Virus record (IMG/VR): IMGVR_UViG_3300042891_000711 | Location: 62,001 to 126,000 of that record | Reading direction: 5' to 3' (one strand) | DNA length: 64,000 nucleotides | Shown here: positions 1 to 10,111 of the stretch, in pieces | How positions within the stretch are numbered: position 1 is the stretch's first letter | How the letters are laid out: each line of letters begins with the position of its first letter | The notes under the pieces: generated by a model | Database searches by the model: none | Seen by the model: only the letters and a program-made list of their open reading frames with translations | What the model was told of the DNA's origin: nothing | Program-made: the position numbers and the translations under genes

Positions 1-1
1 T

Positions 2-232
2 GCAGATGACGATGATGACACAATGTTCAACGGTATCGAACTTGAACTAACATGGGAAGATATTGACATGTTAGAGGAAGATATCAATCAAGGTGCACTA
101 CCTGGTACAAGTGGTTTCTTCTTTGGTGATCCGGCAGACGATTATTATCGTGAAGATGACTTAAAGTTCATTAAAGAAGCACGTAGTCAATTGTTCTTAG
201 GCTTACGTGTATTTTATAATTCAAGTTGGTAA
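2..232 (+). CDS. hypothetical phage protein, 5' truncated by window edge
   Basis: Frame open from position 2 to TAA at 232; ends FYNSSW. Confidence 0.7.
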   Translation, partial: ADDDDDTMFNGIELELTWEDIDMLEEDINQGALPGTSGFFFGDPADDYYREDDLKFIKEARSQLFLGLRVFYNSSW

Positions 233-242
233 GGAGAATAGT

Positions 243-425
243 ATGGATAAGGCAATTAAAGTAATTAAAGGTATTGGTGAAGTTGGTATTGATACTGAAG
301 CAAGTCCGGGCAATGGTCCTTACTATGTTAAGCACTATCGTACAGGCTATGATGTCTGTGGTTTTGACAGTGTAGAAGAAGCACTAATGGAGTTAGAATT
401 TGTCGAAGATGGGACATTGGCTTGA
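243..425 (+). CDS. hypothetical protein
   Basis: AAGGAG RBS before ATG at 243 (MDKAIK...). Confidence 0.65.
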   Translation: MDKAIKVIKGIGEVGIDTEASPGNGPYYVKHYRTGYDVCGFDSVEEALMELEFVEDGTLA

Positions 426-649
426 TTAACCACACGCTACAATGGTTAGGCACAAGCTGTTTGATTGCTATGTATGTGATCATGAGTTTTTATCCTGAGC
501 TATATCCTGTGAACATTATCCTTGGAGTCACCGGCGGCGTGTTTTATTTTGCCTGGAGTTTCCGTGTAGCTAACAAGCCGCAGATGTTGGTTAATGCCGC
601 AGGTATATTAGTATGTTCAGCCGGATTAGTTAAATTATACTTTACCTAA
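422..649 (+). CDS. small 3-TM membrane protein
   Basis: Hydrophobic segments; overlaps upstream stop; pattern resembles 16597-16827. Confidence 0.6.
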   Translation: MINHTLQWLGTSCLIAMYVIMSFYPELYPVNIILGVTGGVFYFAWSFRVANKPQMLVNAAGILVCSAGLVKLYFT

Positions 650-689
650 CATTCGACTTAAATAAGTATATAATAAGGAAACAGCCACA

Positions 690-905
690 TTGGCAAAAGA
701 AGAAGTCTTAAAATTCAGTGGAGTAGTCGAAGAAGTACTAGGCAATTCCATGTTCAGAGTTAAATTAGAAAACAATCACACTGTAATAGCGTATATTGGC
801 GGTAAACTGCGTAAGTTTACTATTAAAATTATTCTTGGTGATAAGGTTGATGTTGAAATGTCACCTTATGACTTATCTAAAGCACGAATCGTATATAGGA
901 AATAA
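690..905 (+). CDS. infA: translation initiation factor IF-1
   Basis: MAKEE...[18 protein letters not shown]...[21 protein letters not shown], classic IF-1; TTG start after AAGGAA. Confidence 0.95.
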   Translation: MAKEEVLKFSGVVEEVLGNSMFRVKLENNHTVIAYIGGKLRKFTIKIILGDKVDVEMSPYDLSKARIVYRK

Positions 906-906
906 C

Positions 907-1230
907 ATGATTACATTACAACCAACTGCTATTGCAAAACTTAAAGAATTATTTGCTGAAGAAGATAATCCAAATATAAAACTACGTGTTTTTGTACAAG
1001 GTGGTGGATGCTCGGGTTTTCAATATGGATTTACCTTTGACGAAGAAGTTAACGAAGACGACTTTGATCTAGAGTTTGATGGTGTACGTTTACTAGTAGA
1101 CAGCATGAGTTCAAGTTACTTACAAGGTGCAGAAATTGAATATGTTGAAAGCATAAATGGCAGTTCTTTTAGTATTAAAAATCCACAGGCAACAACTACT
1201 TGTGGATGTGGTAGTAGTTTTTCAGTTTAA
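907..1230 (+). CDS. erpA: A-type Fe-S cluster carrier (ErpA/IscA family)
   Basis: [16 protein letters not shown] and C-terminal TTCGCGSSF; start reassigned to ATG 907. Confidence 0.92.
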   Translation: MITLQPTAIAKLKELFAEEDNPNIKLRVFVQGGGCSGFQYGFTFDEEVNEDDFDLEFDGVRLLVDSMSSSYLQGAEIEYVESINGSSFSIKNPQATTTCGCGSSFSV

Positions 1231-1245
1231 CTAATTTTACCCAAC

Positions 1246-1269
1246 AAGCCCGCCGAGTGCGGGTTTTTT
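1246..1269 (+). terminator. intrinsic terminator
   Basis: AAGCCCGC-CGAGT-GCGGGTTT plus T-run after erpA. Confidence 0.85.
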
Positions 1270-1305
1270 ATTGACTAGACAAATTAAACAATAATAGTTT
1301 TAACA

Positions 1306-1311
1306 TAAATA
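1306..1311 (+). promoter_or_regulatory. TAAATA late-promoter-like motif for structural operon
   Basis: Core of T4 late promoter TATAAATA; recurs intergenically at 659, 10081, 18633, 21974, 25782, 27290, 28354, 32402, 38939, 41245, 46411, 52216, 56690. Confidence 0.7.
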
Positions 1312-1338
1312 CTTAAACAAGTATATTAGAGTGAAACT

Positions 1339-3291
1339 ATGACCATAACTACAGCACAATTTATTGCAATTAATACCGGACTTGTAGCAAATGACGGAAC
1401 CGGAGATGATTTACGCACAGCGTTTACTAAAGTAAATGATGCGTTTGCTAATATTGCAGATATTGGTTTCAATGCAGCAAATATCAGTGCCAGTGGTGCT
1501 ATCGAAGTAACCGGAAATGTAACTGCTGGAAATGTTAGTGCTACAAATTTATACGGTCTTATTCAGACCCCAACACAATCACAAATTACATCACTTGGCA
1601 CATTAACTGGTGCAAATATTAGTGGCGTCACACGTATTACAAATACTACTCAATCATTACAATTTAACAGCGGTGCATTAGTAATTGATGGTGGTGTTGG
1701 TATTGCTAAAGACGTATATATTCAAGGCAATTTGTATGTTGCTAATGCACTTGCAACTAGTGTAACAACCTTAGTATCGACTAGCCCGTTGGTATTTTTT
1801 GATACTGTTCCATCATATCCGTATAACTTTGACATTGGCTTCTTTGGAAGATTTACCGGTGGCGTTGGGAATTTAAGTCAGTTAACTGGCTTTGTGCGCA
1901 ATGATGCTGACGGTAAATGGAATTTATTTAGTAATGTAGCAAATGCTACAGTTACCACACAAATGTCATTGACCAATGCCAAATATGATACGTTAGTACT
2001 AGGTAATATCGAAATTAACTCACCTACACCAACTGCAATTACCAACGGTGGTACAACTGCTACTGGTAATATTGGTGCTAGTGGTGCAACATTTAACTAT
2101 GGTTATTTTACTAATCTAGTTGGAACACTACAAACAGCGACACAAAATAATATCACATCAGCAAGTGCATTGGCTACTGTTGGTACAATTACTTCCGGAA
2201 CATGGAGTGCTTCGTTTGGAAATGTAAGTGGTGCAAACTTAACTGTATTAACTGCAGGTAATTTGATAGGTACTATACCAAGTACAGTCATGAGCAATTC
2301 AACTGTACACGTTGGTACAACTGCAATTCCGTTAGATCGTGCAAGTGCTATACAAACATTAAGTGGTGTAAGCATCGATGGTAGTGCTGGATCTGTTGCT
2401 GCCAGCGCACTTACGGGCGCAGCATTGCCAACTGCGGTCGTAGGTTCGAACTTACAATCGGTGGGTACTCTCGGGTCATTAGCAGTAACTGGTAACATAA
2501 GAACAAACGGCACGTTAATAGCCAATGGTGCTGTAGCAAGTACATCAACCGCAACTGGAGCATTACTGGTAACAGGCGGAGTTGGTGTCACTGGTAATAT
2601 TAATGCGGCCGGTAGTGTAACTGCACCAACATTTATTGGTAATGTAACTGGCAACATAACTGGTAACATAACTGGTAATACCGCAGGTACGCATATAGGT
2701 GCAGTAGTAGGCAATGTAACTGGTAATGTAAGTGGGTCAGCGTTAACAGTAACACAAGCGGCACAATCAGCAATCACATCACTAGGAACATTAACGGGAT
2801 TAACCGTAAGTGGCACAATCGCTGCTAGTACAAACAATACCATTAATATAGGTGCTGTAGGTACAACATTTGCCACAGTATTTGCTACTACATTTAGTGG
2901 TGTATCAACTACAGCAAGATATGCTGACTTAGCAGAAAATTATCTAAGTGACTCTAAATACGAAGCTGGCACGGTAGTAGTATTTGGTGGCGATAAAGAA
3001 ATTACAACTACACAATTATTTGCCGATACTGCCGTAGCTGGAGTTATATCAACTAACCCTGCATATTTGATGAACGATGCATTAGATGGGCAGCCAGTGG
3101 CATTACGCGGTCGTGTTCCAGTAAAAGTACAAGGTTTTACTAGAAAAGGTGATTTGTTAGTTACAGGTAATATTCCCGGTGTTGCAGTAAGTGTTGGCCG
3201 TGATGGCAAATACGGATATGCTGTATTTGCCAAAGCATTAGAAAATAAGACCACCACTGATGTTGGTGTTATCGAAGCAGTGATTATTTAA
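1339..3291 (+). CDS. tail fibre/baseplate-associated protein with probable C-terminal intramolecular chaperone domain
   Basis: N-terminal ANDGTGDDLRTAFTKVN (T4 gp9/gp10-like motif), GNITGNITGN and GALxVxGGVG repeats, C-terminal YADLAENY domain. Confidence 0.8.
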   Translation: MTITTAQFIAINTGLVANDGTGDDLRTAFTKVNDAFANIADIGFNAANISASGAIEVTGNVTAGNVSATNLYGLIQTPTQSQITSLGTLTGANISGVTRITNTTQSLQFNSGALVIDGGVGIAKDVYIQGNLYVANALATSVTTLVSTSPLVFFDTVPSYPYNFDIGFFGRFTGGVGNLSQLTGFVRNDADGKWNLFSNVANATVTTQMSLTNAKYDTLVLGNIEINSPTPTAITNGGTTATGNIGASGATFNYGYFTNLVGTLQTATQNNITSASALATVGTITSGTWSASFGNVSGANLTVLTAGNLIGTIPSTVMSNSTVHVGTTAIPLDRASAIQTLSGVSIDGSAGSVAASALTGAALPTAVVGSNLQSVGTLGSLAVTGNIRTNGTLIANGAVASTSTATGALLVTGGVGVTGNINAAGSVTAPTFIGNVTGNITGNITGNTAGTHIGAVVGNVTGNVSGSALTVTQAAQSAITSLGTLTGLTVSGTIAASTNNTINIGAVGTTFATVFATTFSGVSTTARYADLAENYLSDSKYEAGTVVVFGGDKEITTTQLFADTAVAGVISTNPAYLMNDALDGQPVALRGRVPVKVQGFTRKGDLLVTGNIPGVAVSVGRDGKYGYAVFAKALENKTTTDVGVIEAVII

Positions 3292-3299
3292 GGTATATT

Positions 3300-6200
3300 A
3301 TGGCATTACCAAAGTGGATTACTCCGGCAGGACAATTAGGAATCGTACCAGAAACTGAGTACTATGAATATAACTTGGATGCATACGATGCAACTGGTGG
3401 TACATTAGTTTATAGTCACATCTCAGGTAAGTTACCCTTAGGTATACAATTGATACCCACTGGTAAATTACAAGGTATTCCAATAAGTGAGTTAGGCGGC
3501 GACAGAAATGTCACCTATACATTTACCATCAGAGTAAAAAATTCTACCACAAACGGAGTGTCAGATAGAACATTTAATATTACAGTATCTAATGTTGCTC
3601 CCCCAATTATTATACCACGTGATGTTGATTTAGGTATATACTTCGATGGCACTATAGTTAATATACAATTAGAAGCAGTCGAATCTACCCCTGGCGCAAA
3701 TTTGATTTGGCGCAAAAGTAGTGGTGAATTGCCGCCGGGATTGTCCATTTCTGCGGCCGGATTAATATATGGATATATCGAACCAATCGTTGGGCCAGGT
3801 CCTGGTAGCGATCCAGGATGGGATCAAACTCCGTGGAATATACTTGGCTGGGATTTTTCATTAATAGCAATTAGTAAAGCATTTACTTTCACCGTGGAAG
3901 TTTCTGATGGTGTTAACTACGATGCAACTCCATACAGAATATTAATAGTACCACAGGATGCACTTCAAGCAGATGCTACTACAATTACAACAGATACCAC
4001 AGAAAGTGGTGGAGACGAACTTACCATTGATGTTGGTGCAAGACATGAACCAATTATAGTAACTACACAAGTCGAATTAGAACCACAGCGACAAAGCAGT
4101 TACTTTTCATTCCAAATTGTTGGATTAGATTTAAATGGTGATGTATTGCAGTATATATTGCCTGCTACCGAAACTGGCAAATTCGATGAAGAATTACTAG
4201 TCGGGCCAGAAAGTCCTTATATCAATTCAACTTTGATCGGCGGTAATTTATTTGTAGGTGTTAATTCAACTATTAATTCCACTGAGCCTGCATTATTATC
4301 AGGTGATGATATTAAGGTATTAAGTTTAACCAGCCCAGATGAATTAAATTGGTATAATGCCACCGTAAACAATTACATTAAATTAAGATTGACTGGTAAT
4401 AAAGTAATTACTGGTTCTGTTGGTAATTTTATCACACAGGCAATAAGCGGTGCCAACGCTACAATATCTAGTATTAGTACTACAACGGGTAGTATAGAAG
4501 TTGCAGGCAATGTTATTGTTGGTAGTTTAGAAATACGTGGTAATACCAACATAGGTACACTTTCAGTTTCAAACCAATTAATTACAGCAAATGTGGGCGA
4601 TTTTATTACGCAAGTTAGTGGATCTGCAAATGCCACAGTTCGAGCAAATGTAGTAAGTTCATTATCTGTACCAATTGAATTAACCTCAGGTGTATTTACT
4701 AATGGCTCCGAAAATATAAAAATTAATGGTAGTACCATTAATGCATATCCAGTATCTTCTACATTCGATGATATATTAGTCACTGCCAACATTGGCGATA
4801 TAATAACACAAACAAGTAGTGGTGCAACTGCTACTGTAACTGCAAATGTTGTATCTGTAGTCGAAATACCAGTAGTGTATACCAGCGGAACATTTACGTT
4901 TAATTCAGGCAATATACAAATTAATTCTACAAATATAAATGCGTATCCTCGTTTATTTACAGGAACCGTAAATCCAGTAGGAGTTACTGCTAATGTAGGC
5001 GATGTAATAACACAAACAAGTAGTGGTGCAACTGCTACTGTAACTGCAAATGTCGCATCAGCACTGGTTATCCCAGTAACGTTCACTTCGGGTATATTTA
5101 CTACAGGATCTGGCAATATCACAGTTGGTGCAACTAATGTACCAGCACACCCAACTAACATCGCGGCAGAAGCTGATGTGGGTATGGTATATAACAGTGC
5201 AAATAATTTTCTATTAGATTCAGCTGCCGCTTCGGCGATTGTATATATTAATTATGTTAGTACTGGGGCAACACCTACATCTGTAATCAGTGTTGGGGTA
5301 ACACTGGGATTGATATCAACTGAAGGCACTGTTGGATTTGATGAAGCTAAATTTGATCAAAGCCCGCTGGCTATTGCTGAAGGTATAACTTTAGATATAG
5401 ATTCTGGATGGTTAACTGGACGATTGCCAACTTTAACTGCCAACGAAACTAATTATCTATTTGAAGTGTTAGTGTACAAACGAGATTATCCTGCATACCA
5501 AACCAGTGGACTATTCACATTAACTGTGTTAGGCGATTTAAACAATAAAATTAACTGGATTACCCCAAGTGATTTGGGTACTATTGAGAATGGTCGTGTA
5601 AGTGATTTGTCTATTAATGCAGTATCCACCAAAGGTAAAAATGTACAATATTCATTGACACCAGCATCTGCACATCGATTGCCACAGGGACTAAAACTTA
5701 TCCCTAGTGGACTAATATCTGGCAGAGTTAGTTTTGAATTGTTTAGTTTAGATCAAGGCACTACATTCTTGGATGGAACTATACTCGGCGATGCAACTAC
5801 AACATTTGATGCTACATATACATTCACTGTCACTGCTCGTGATTATGATAACAGTATCACAGCGGATCGTACATTTACTATTCGAGTACTTAATAGAAAT
5901 ACTATGCCATATGAAGATTTATATCTTAAATCTCTGTCATCAAAAGAACAACGTGCGCAATTTACATCAATTATGCGCAACACATCTATATTTCCGCCAA
6001 ATCTAATATATCGTAATGATGATCCATATTTTGGCCTGGCGGATACTATAAAAACATTATTTTTACCAGGATTGAATCCAAGTTTATTATCAGAATATGC
6101 GGCGGCGGTATCGACTAACCACTACGAAAAAAGAATTACATTGGGTAATGTAAAAACAGCAGTTGCTCGAGATAGTAACTTTAATATCAAATATGAAGTT

Positions 6201-7310
6201 GTGTATTTAGAAGTGACTGATGATAATACAAATGCAGATGGCCAAGGGCCAGCAGATATACAATTTCCGGCCATGGCCACTCCGTATTATGATTATGAAG
6301 GAAATACTTACACTACTGCATACCCAAATTCTTTCAGTAATATGAAAGATGTTACTGTTTCGGCATTGGGATATGCTAATAAAGGGGCATTGCCTGACTG
6401 GATGACCAGTAGACAAGCAAATGGTTTCATACTTGGATTTACTCGTGCAGTAGTACTTGCGTACACTGTACCAGGTGCAAGTAGTTTAATTGCTTATAGA
6501 TTTGCGCAACAAGACTTTAATGTCAACGAAATTGACTTTACCGTTGATAGATATCAAGTTGATAATATATACACGGCTAATTACGATATTACTGCTGGTG
6601 CATTTATTACCAGTAGAGAAACAACCTTTGACCGTTATCCTGGATTATCCAGTGTGTTTGTGGCCACTGGCACAGTTGATTATGCTGTGAGTATATCATA
6701 TGAAAGTATCAACAATCGTGCAAAATCATCTATTATTAGTCTTGGTGGTTTAGATGGTATTAAGTCCTTCAAAGATGGTGAAACACTAGTATTTGCACGC
6801 CAAGAATTTAGACAAGATCAAAACGATATCGGTGATTACAACCAAGGGTGGAATGATGTTGCTACAGTGTGGGGCGGAGATTCTTGGGATTATGATAATA
6901 ACACAGCTACCTTGATAGATGATCTAGGATGGGATGCCGCTAGCGCAGTCCCTGGATATAGAGAAAATAATCTTGATCCAACGGTAGATAACGAACGTAT
7001 CGGCATATGGCGTATTAACATCGCAACTGATGGTATGGTTACCTTAACCTACCTACAAGAAGTATCATTCTATAATAAATTATACGTGAGAAATGGTTAC
7101 ACCTACGGTGCAACTAATATCTACTATGATCCAGTTATCAAACCAGGTAATTTAATACCAAATTACAGTATTATACCAGAAGAAGTAAAAATATTATCCA
7201 CACAATTTGACGGAAATGGTACACGTTTCTACAGCTATCGAGATAGTTATACTATACCTGAAGCCGGAGATAAATACATTAAATTTAGTAAACTCGGAGT
7301 ATTTAATTAA
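3300..7310 (+). CDS. large virion structural protein with putative Ig-like domains (baseplate/tail)
   Basis: Repeated LPxGL...G.ISG...YTFTV Ig-like motifs and internal ANVGDxITQ repeats; structural operon context. Confidence 0.75.
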   Translation: MALPKWITPAGQLGIVPETEYYEYNLDAYDATGGTLVYSHISGKLPLGIQLIPTGKLQGIPISELGGDRNVTYTFTIRVKNSTTNGVSDRTFNITVSNVAPPIIIPRDVDLGIYFDGTIVNIQLEAVESTPGANLIWRKSSGELPPGLSISAAGLIYGYIEPIVGPGPGSDPGWDQTPWNILGWDFSLIAISKAFTFTVEVSDGVNYDATPYRILIVPQDALQADATTITTDTTESGGDELTIDVGARHEPIIVTTQVELEPQRQSSYFSFQIVGLDLNGDVLQYILPATETGKFDEELLVGPESPYINSTLIGGNLFVGVNSTINSTEPALLSGDDIKVLSLTSPDELNWYNATVNNYIKLRLTGNKVITGSVGNFITQAISGANATISSISTTTGSIEVAGNVIVGSLEIRGNTNIGTLSVSNQLITANVGDFITQVSGSANATVRANVVSSLSVPIELTSGVFTNGSENIKINGSTINAYPVSSTFDDILVTANIGDIITQTSSGATATVTANVVSVVEIPVVYTSGTFTFNSGNIQINSTNINAYPRLFTGTVNPVGVTANVGDVITQTSSGATATVTANVASALVIPVTFTSGIFTTGSGNITVGATNVPAHPTNIAAEADVGMVYNSANNFLLDSAAASAIVYINYVSTGATPTSVISVGVTLGLISTEGTVGFDEAKFDQSPLAIAEGITLDIDSGWLTGRLPTLTANETNYLFEVLVYKRDYPAYQTSGLFTLTVLGDLNNKINWITPSDLGTIENGRVSDLSINAVSTKGKNVQYSLTPASAHRLPQGLKLIPSGLISGRVSFELFSLDQGTTFLDGTILGDATTTFDATYTFTVTARDYDNSITADRTFTIRVLNRNTMPYEDLYLKSLSSKEQRAQFTSIMRNTSIFPPNLIYRNDDPYFGLADTIKTLFLPGLNPSLLSEYAAAVSTNHYEKRITLGNVKTAVARDSNFNIKYEVVYLEVTDDNTNADGQGPADIQFPAMATPYYDYEGNTYTTAYPNSFSNMKDVTVSALGYANKGALPDWMTSRQANGFILGFTRAVVLAYTVPGASSLIAYRFAQQDFNVNEIDFTVDRYQVDNIYTANYDITAGAFITSRETTFDRYPGLSSVFVATGTVDYAVSISYESINNRAKSSIISLGGLDGIKSFKDGETLVFARQEFRQDQNDIGDYNQGWNDVATVWGGDSWDYDNNTATLIDDLGWDAASAVPGYRENNLDPTVDNERIGIWRINIATDGMVTLTYLQEVSFYNKLYVRNGYTYGATNIYYDPVIKPGNLIPNYSIIPEEVKILSTQFDGNGTRFYSYRDSYTIPEAGDKYIKFSKLGVFN
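4801..5053 (+). repeat. 49-bp exact direct repeat (4801-4849 and 5005-5053)
   Basis: TAATAACACAAACAAGTAGTGGTGCAACTGCTACTGTAACTGCAAATGT twice, 204 bp apart, in frame. Confidence 0.9.
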
Positions 7311-8828
7311 ATGTCATCAATTAACCCAAATAACATTAACGGAAGCTATCCTATTGCTGGTCAAGATAATGACTCGCAGGGATTTCGTGATAATTTCACA
7401 AACGTTAAAAACAACTTAACCTTTGCTAAGACAGAGATAGAAGATTTACAAACTAATGCTATTTTAAAAACTGGACTAGCAGGTACTACATTAAACAATG
7501 AAATGAATTATGCGCAGATTAAAGGTGCACAATTAATTAAGACAGTTGAAACAATCAAAGATTGGGCAACACAAACTTCAGTTGAAATTAGCTTTGCAGA
7601 TGGTCACTACCAAAAAGTAACTACCGGTGGCCCATTCACTATTAGTGCATTTACTGGTTGGCCAACAAGTCAATTATATGCTAAATTAAGACTTGAAATT
7701 TATATTTCTACTCCATTAACCGATACAGTAACATTGCCAAGTGCAGTTTCTGTAGGACTTACAAATATACAAGGAGCTGTTGGACAAACTATTACATTCC
7801 CAACTGCTGGTTCATATGTATTTGAATTCACAACATACAATGCAGGTACTACAATTACCATTAATGATTTAACCCGTAATTACAATATAGTATCGGGATC
7901 ATCGACATTTAGTACAATCCAAGTTAGTACATTGGCTAATATTACTAGCAATGTTATATCGACATCAACAACTACAGGTGCATTGAAAGTAGCTGGTGGT
8001 GCAGGTATTGTAGGTAATTTATATGTAGGCGGGGATCTTGTTGTTACTGGTGCATTAGTTGACCCAGCAAATATATTCGAAGTAACAGTAGATGATGATG
8101 GTTCTGGCGCGCAAGAAGTATTTTTTCTAAATGGTACAGAATTAAAAACTAATACTGGTACAGAATTTGGTCTACGTTTTTATCCCGGAAACACATATAG
8201 ATTTGATTTAAGTGATGCTACTAATTTACTTGCTCCATTAAGATTTTCCACTACTCCGGATACTGCGGTTCCTGCATCAATTACTCCGTATACTACGGGA
8301 GTAACATCGTCTGGCCTCTCAGGCAATGTAGGCGCTTATATACAAATAACCATTGAATCTGATACCCCTACGTTATATCTATACGGTGATGAAACTGGTA
8401 CTATGATGGATACTAGTTTAGTTGGTGCTGCGCTTCCTATAGGAAGTGGAATTGACGCAAATGGTGATTCAACTATCACTGGTGACTTTACTGTTACTGG
8501 TAATTTGACTGTTGGTGGTGCAAAAATTGACACCGGCTATCAATATAGTGCCGCAACGACTGGTTTTAACCAAACTGTTGGTGCTAGTGTATCGCGTGTA
8601 ATTTATAACCCAGCCGGCACATTAGCCAACGGTACATTAACTTTACCAGCAGGTAATGTTGAAGCTAAAGTTGTTACTGTATCAAGTACTGCTAATATCA
8701 CCGCATTCCAAGTATTACCGAGTGTAGGTACAACATTAGTACCAAGTGCCAACGTTACATTAACTGCTGGAACAAGTGTATCATACTTTTACCATGCATC
8801 AGAAACTAAATGGTATAAAATAGGTTAA
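7311..8828 (+). CDS. virion structural/tail protein
   Basis: N-terminal YPIAGQDNDSQGFRDNF, GALKVAGGAGIVGNLYVGG fibre repeat, Thr/Gly-rich. Confidence 0.7.
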   Translation: MSSINPNNINGSYPIAGQDNDSQGFRDNFTNVKNNLTFAKTEIEDLQTNAILKTGLAGTTLNNEMNYAQIKGAQLIKTVETIKDWATQTSVEISFADGHYQKVTTGGPFTISAFTGWPTSQLYAKLRLEIYISTPLTDTVTLPSAVSVGLTNIQGAVGQTITFPTAGSYVFEFTTYNAGTTITINDLTRNYNIVSGSSTFSTIQVSTLANITSNVISTSTTTGALKVAGGAGIVGNLYVGGDLVVTGALVDPANIFEVTVDDDGSGAQEVFFLNGTELKTNTGTEFGLRFYPGNTYRFDLSDATNLLAPLRFSTTPDTAVPASITPYTTGVTSSGLSGNVGAYIQITIESDTPTLYLYGDETGTMMDTSLVGAALPIGSGIDANGDSTITGDFTVTGNLTVGGAKIDTGYQYSAATTGFNQTVGASVSRVIYNPAGTLANGTLTLPAGNVEAKVVTVSSTANITAFQVLPSVGTTLVPSANVTLTAGTSVSYFYHASETKWYKIG

Positions 8829-8843
8829 TTTCTACCAAACCCA

Positions 8844-8872
8844 TTGACTCCTTAGCGATATTACTATATACT
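8844..8872 (+). promoter_or_regulatory. sigma70-type early promoter
   Basis: TTGACT-17 bp-TATACT. Confidence 0.8.
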
Positions 8873-8900
8873 AGTAGTATAACTAAGGAGTTTCTCATTT

Positions 8901-9335
8901 ATGCAAATTGATTTAAACAAATATTCAGACTTCGTAAAAGAAGTAACTAGCCAACCTAGTAACGACTTAACTACTTTTATGAATCGTTTAGATGACCTAG
9001 ATGGTAATTATGACCACGAAACACAATCACACGGTCCGGATGTTAATGTTTCTTTACTAATAACAGCATGCTTAGGACTAGCAGCAGAGTCCGGCGAGTT
9101 TTGCGAAATTCCAAAGAAAATGTTGTTTCAAGGTAAGCCACTTACAGAAGAAAATCTATTCCACATGAAACGTGAGCTTGGTGATATTATGTGGTATTGG
9201 GTAAATGCATGTCGTGCGTTGCGACTAGACCCTAATGATGTTGTTGCTGAAAATGTACGCAAATTAGAATCACGTTATCCTGGCGGAAGTTTTGATGCCT
9301 ACTATAGCGAGAATAGACAAGACGGAGACCTATAA
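8901..9335 (+). CDS. mazG: MazG-like nucleotide pyrophosphohydrolase
   Basis: GLAAESGEF...KRELGDIMWY...NVRKLESRYP. Confidence 0.88.
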   Translation: MQIDLNKYSDFVKEVTSQPSNDLTTFMNRLDDLDGNYDHETQSHGPDVNVSLLITACLGLAAESGEFCEIPKKMLFQGKPLTEENLFHMKRELGDIMWYWVNACRALRLDPNDVVAENVRKLESRYPGGSFDAYYSENRQDGDL

Positions 9336-9571
9336 TGCATCCACTTACACCAGACCTTTCGGGTTTATCAGATGATGAGCTACATAAAAAACGTGCCGAA
9401 TTGAGTAATCGTATGATGTTTGCTTATCGCATGGGTCATGGTGATATGATTGGTCAGATACAGATGGTCATGGGCGATTATGATATGGAAGTGCAACGCC
9501 GTAATCAAAAAATGCTCGACGATTTAGAAAAGAACAGCAAAACATTTAAAGATAAAATTGACATCAAATAA
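9335..9571 (+). CDS. hypothetical protein
   Basis: Coupled via TAATG overlaps. Confidence 0.7.
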   Translation: MHPLTPDLSGLSDDELHKKRAELSNRMMFAYRMGHGDMIGQIQMVMGDYDMEVQRRNQKMLDDLEKNSKTFKDKIDIK

Positions 9572-10083
9572 TGAAATACGATGAATATGGACAGGGTTAT
9601 ACAAACAGTACTGAATTGTGTGACCTACTGTATACCAAACCTGATTTAAATATTAACTTATTTCAAGTTGAAGATCCTCTTGAGTTTAATGCTAGTGTCG
9701 ATGCCTTGCATGCCGAAATAAACAAACTAGGCTTATACACTAGTAAGCGTATGCCTATAGACAAATATGATGATGCTATGCAGTCGCAATGGCGCATGCC
9801 CGATGAATATAAAGAATTAGACATTGCGGAATATATTTTAAGTTTGTGTTGTGAAGAGTACGAATTACAGCGTGTGGCACAAGAGTTACTACTATATCAA
9901 GAGCGTGATTTGTTTAACTTATTACGTTACTTGAAATATTTAGTAGATACACTACGTAAAAATAATTTAGTTTGGGGGGTTGGACGTGGATCAAGTGTAG
10001 CAAGTTATGTATTGTTCTTATTGGGCGTACATAAAATTAATTCCTTACATTATCAACTTGACATCACCGAATTCTTAAAGTAA
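9571..10083 (+). CDS. stand-alone DNA polymerase III alpha (DnaE) fragment
   Basis: RVAQELLLY...WGVGRGSSVASYVLFLLGVHKINS matches the DnaE GRGS region; only 170 aa. Confidence 0.8.
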   Translation: MKYDEYGQGYTNSTELCDLLYTKPDLNINLFQVEDPLEFNASVDALHAEINKLGLYTSKRMPIDKYDDAMQSQWRMPDEYKELDIAEYILSLCCEEYELQRVAQELLLYQERDLFNLLRYLKYLVDTLRKNNLVWGVGRGSSVASYVLFLLGVHKINSLHYQLDITEFLK

Positions 10084-10111
10084 ATAAGTACACATATAAT
10101 AGGAGAAAGAT

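Noticed and set aside
2103-5161. Long antisense ORFs (2103-2876, 4373-5161; also 34612-35172 and 60379-60816)
   Set aside because: Shadows of Thr/Gly/Val-rich sense genes, without RBS or motifs.
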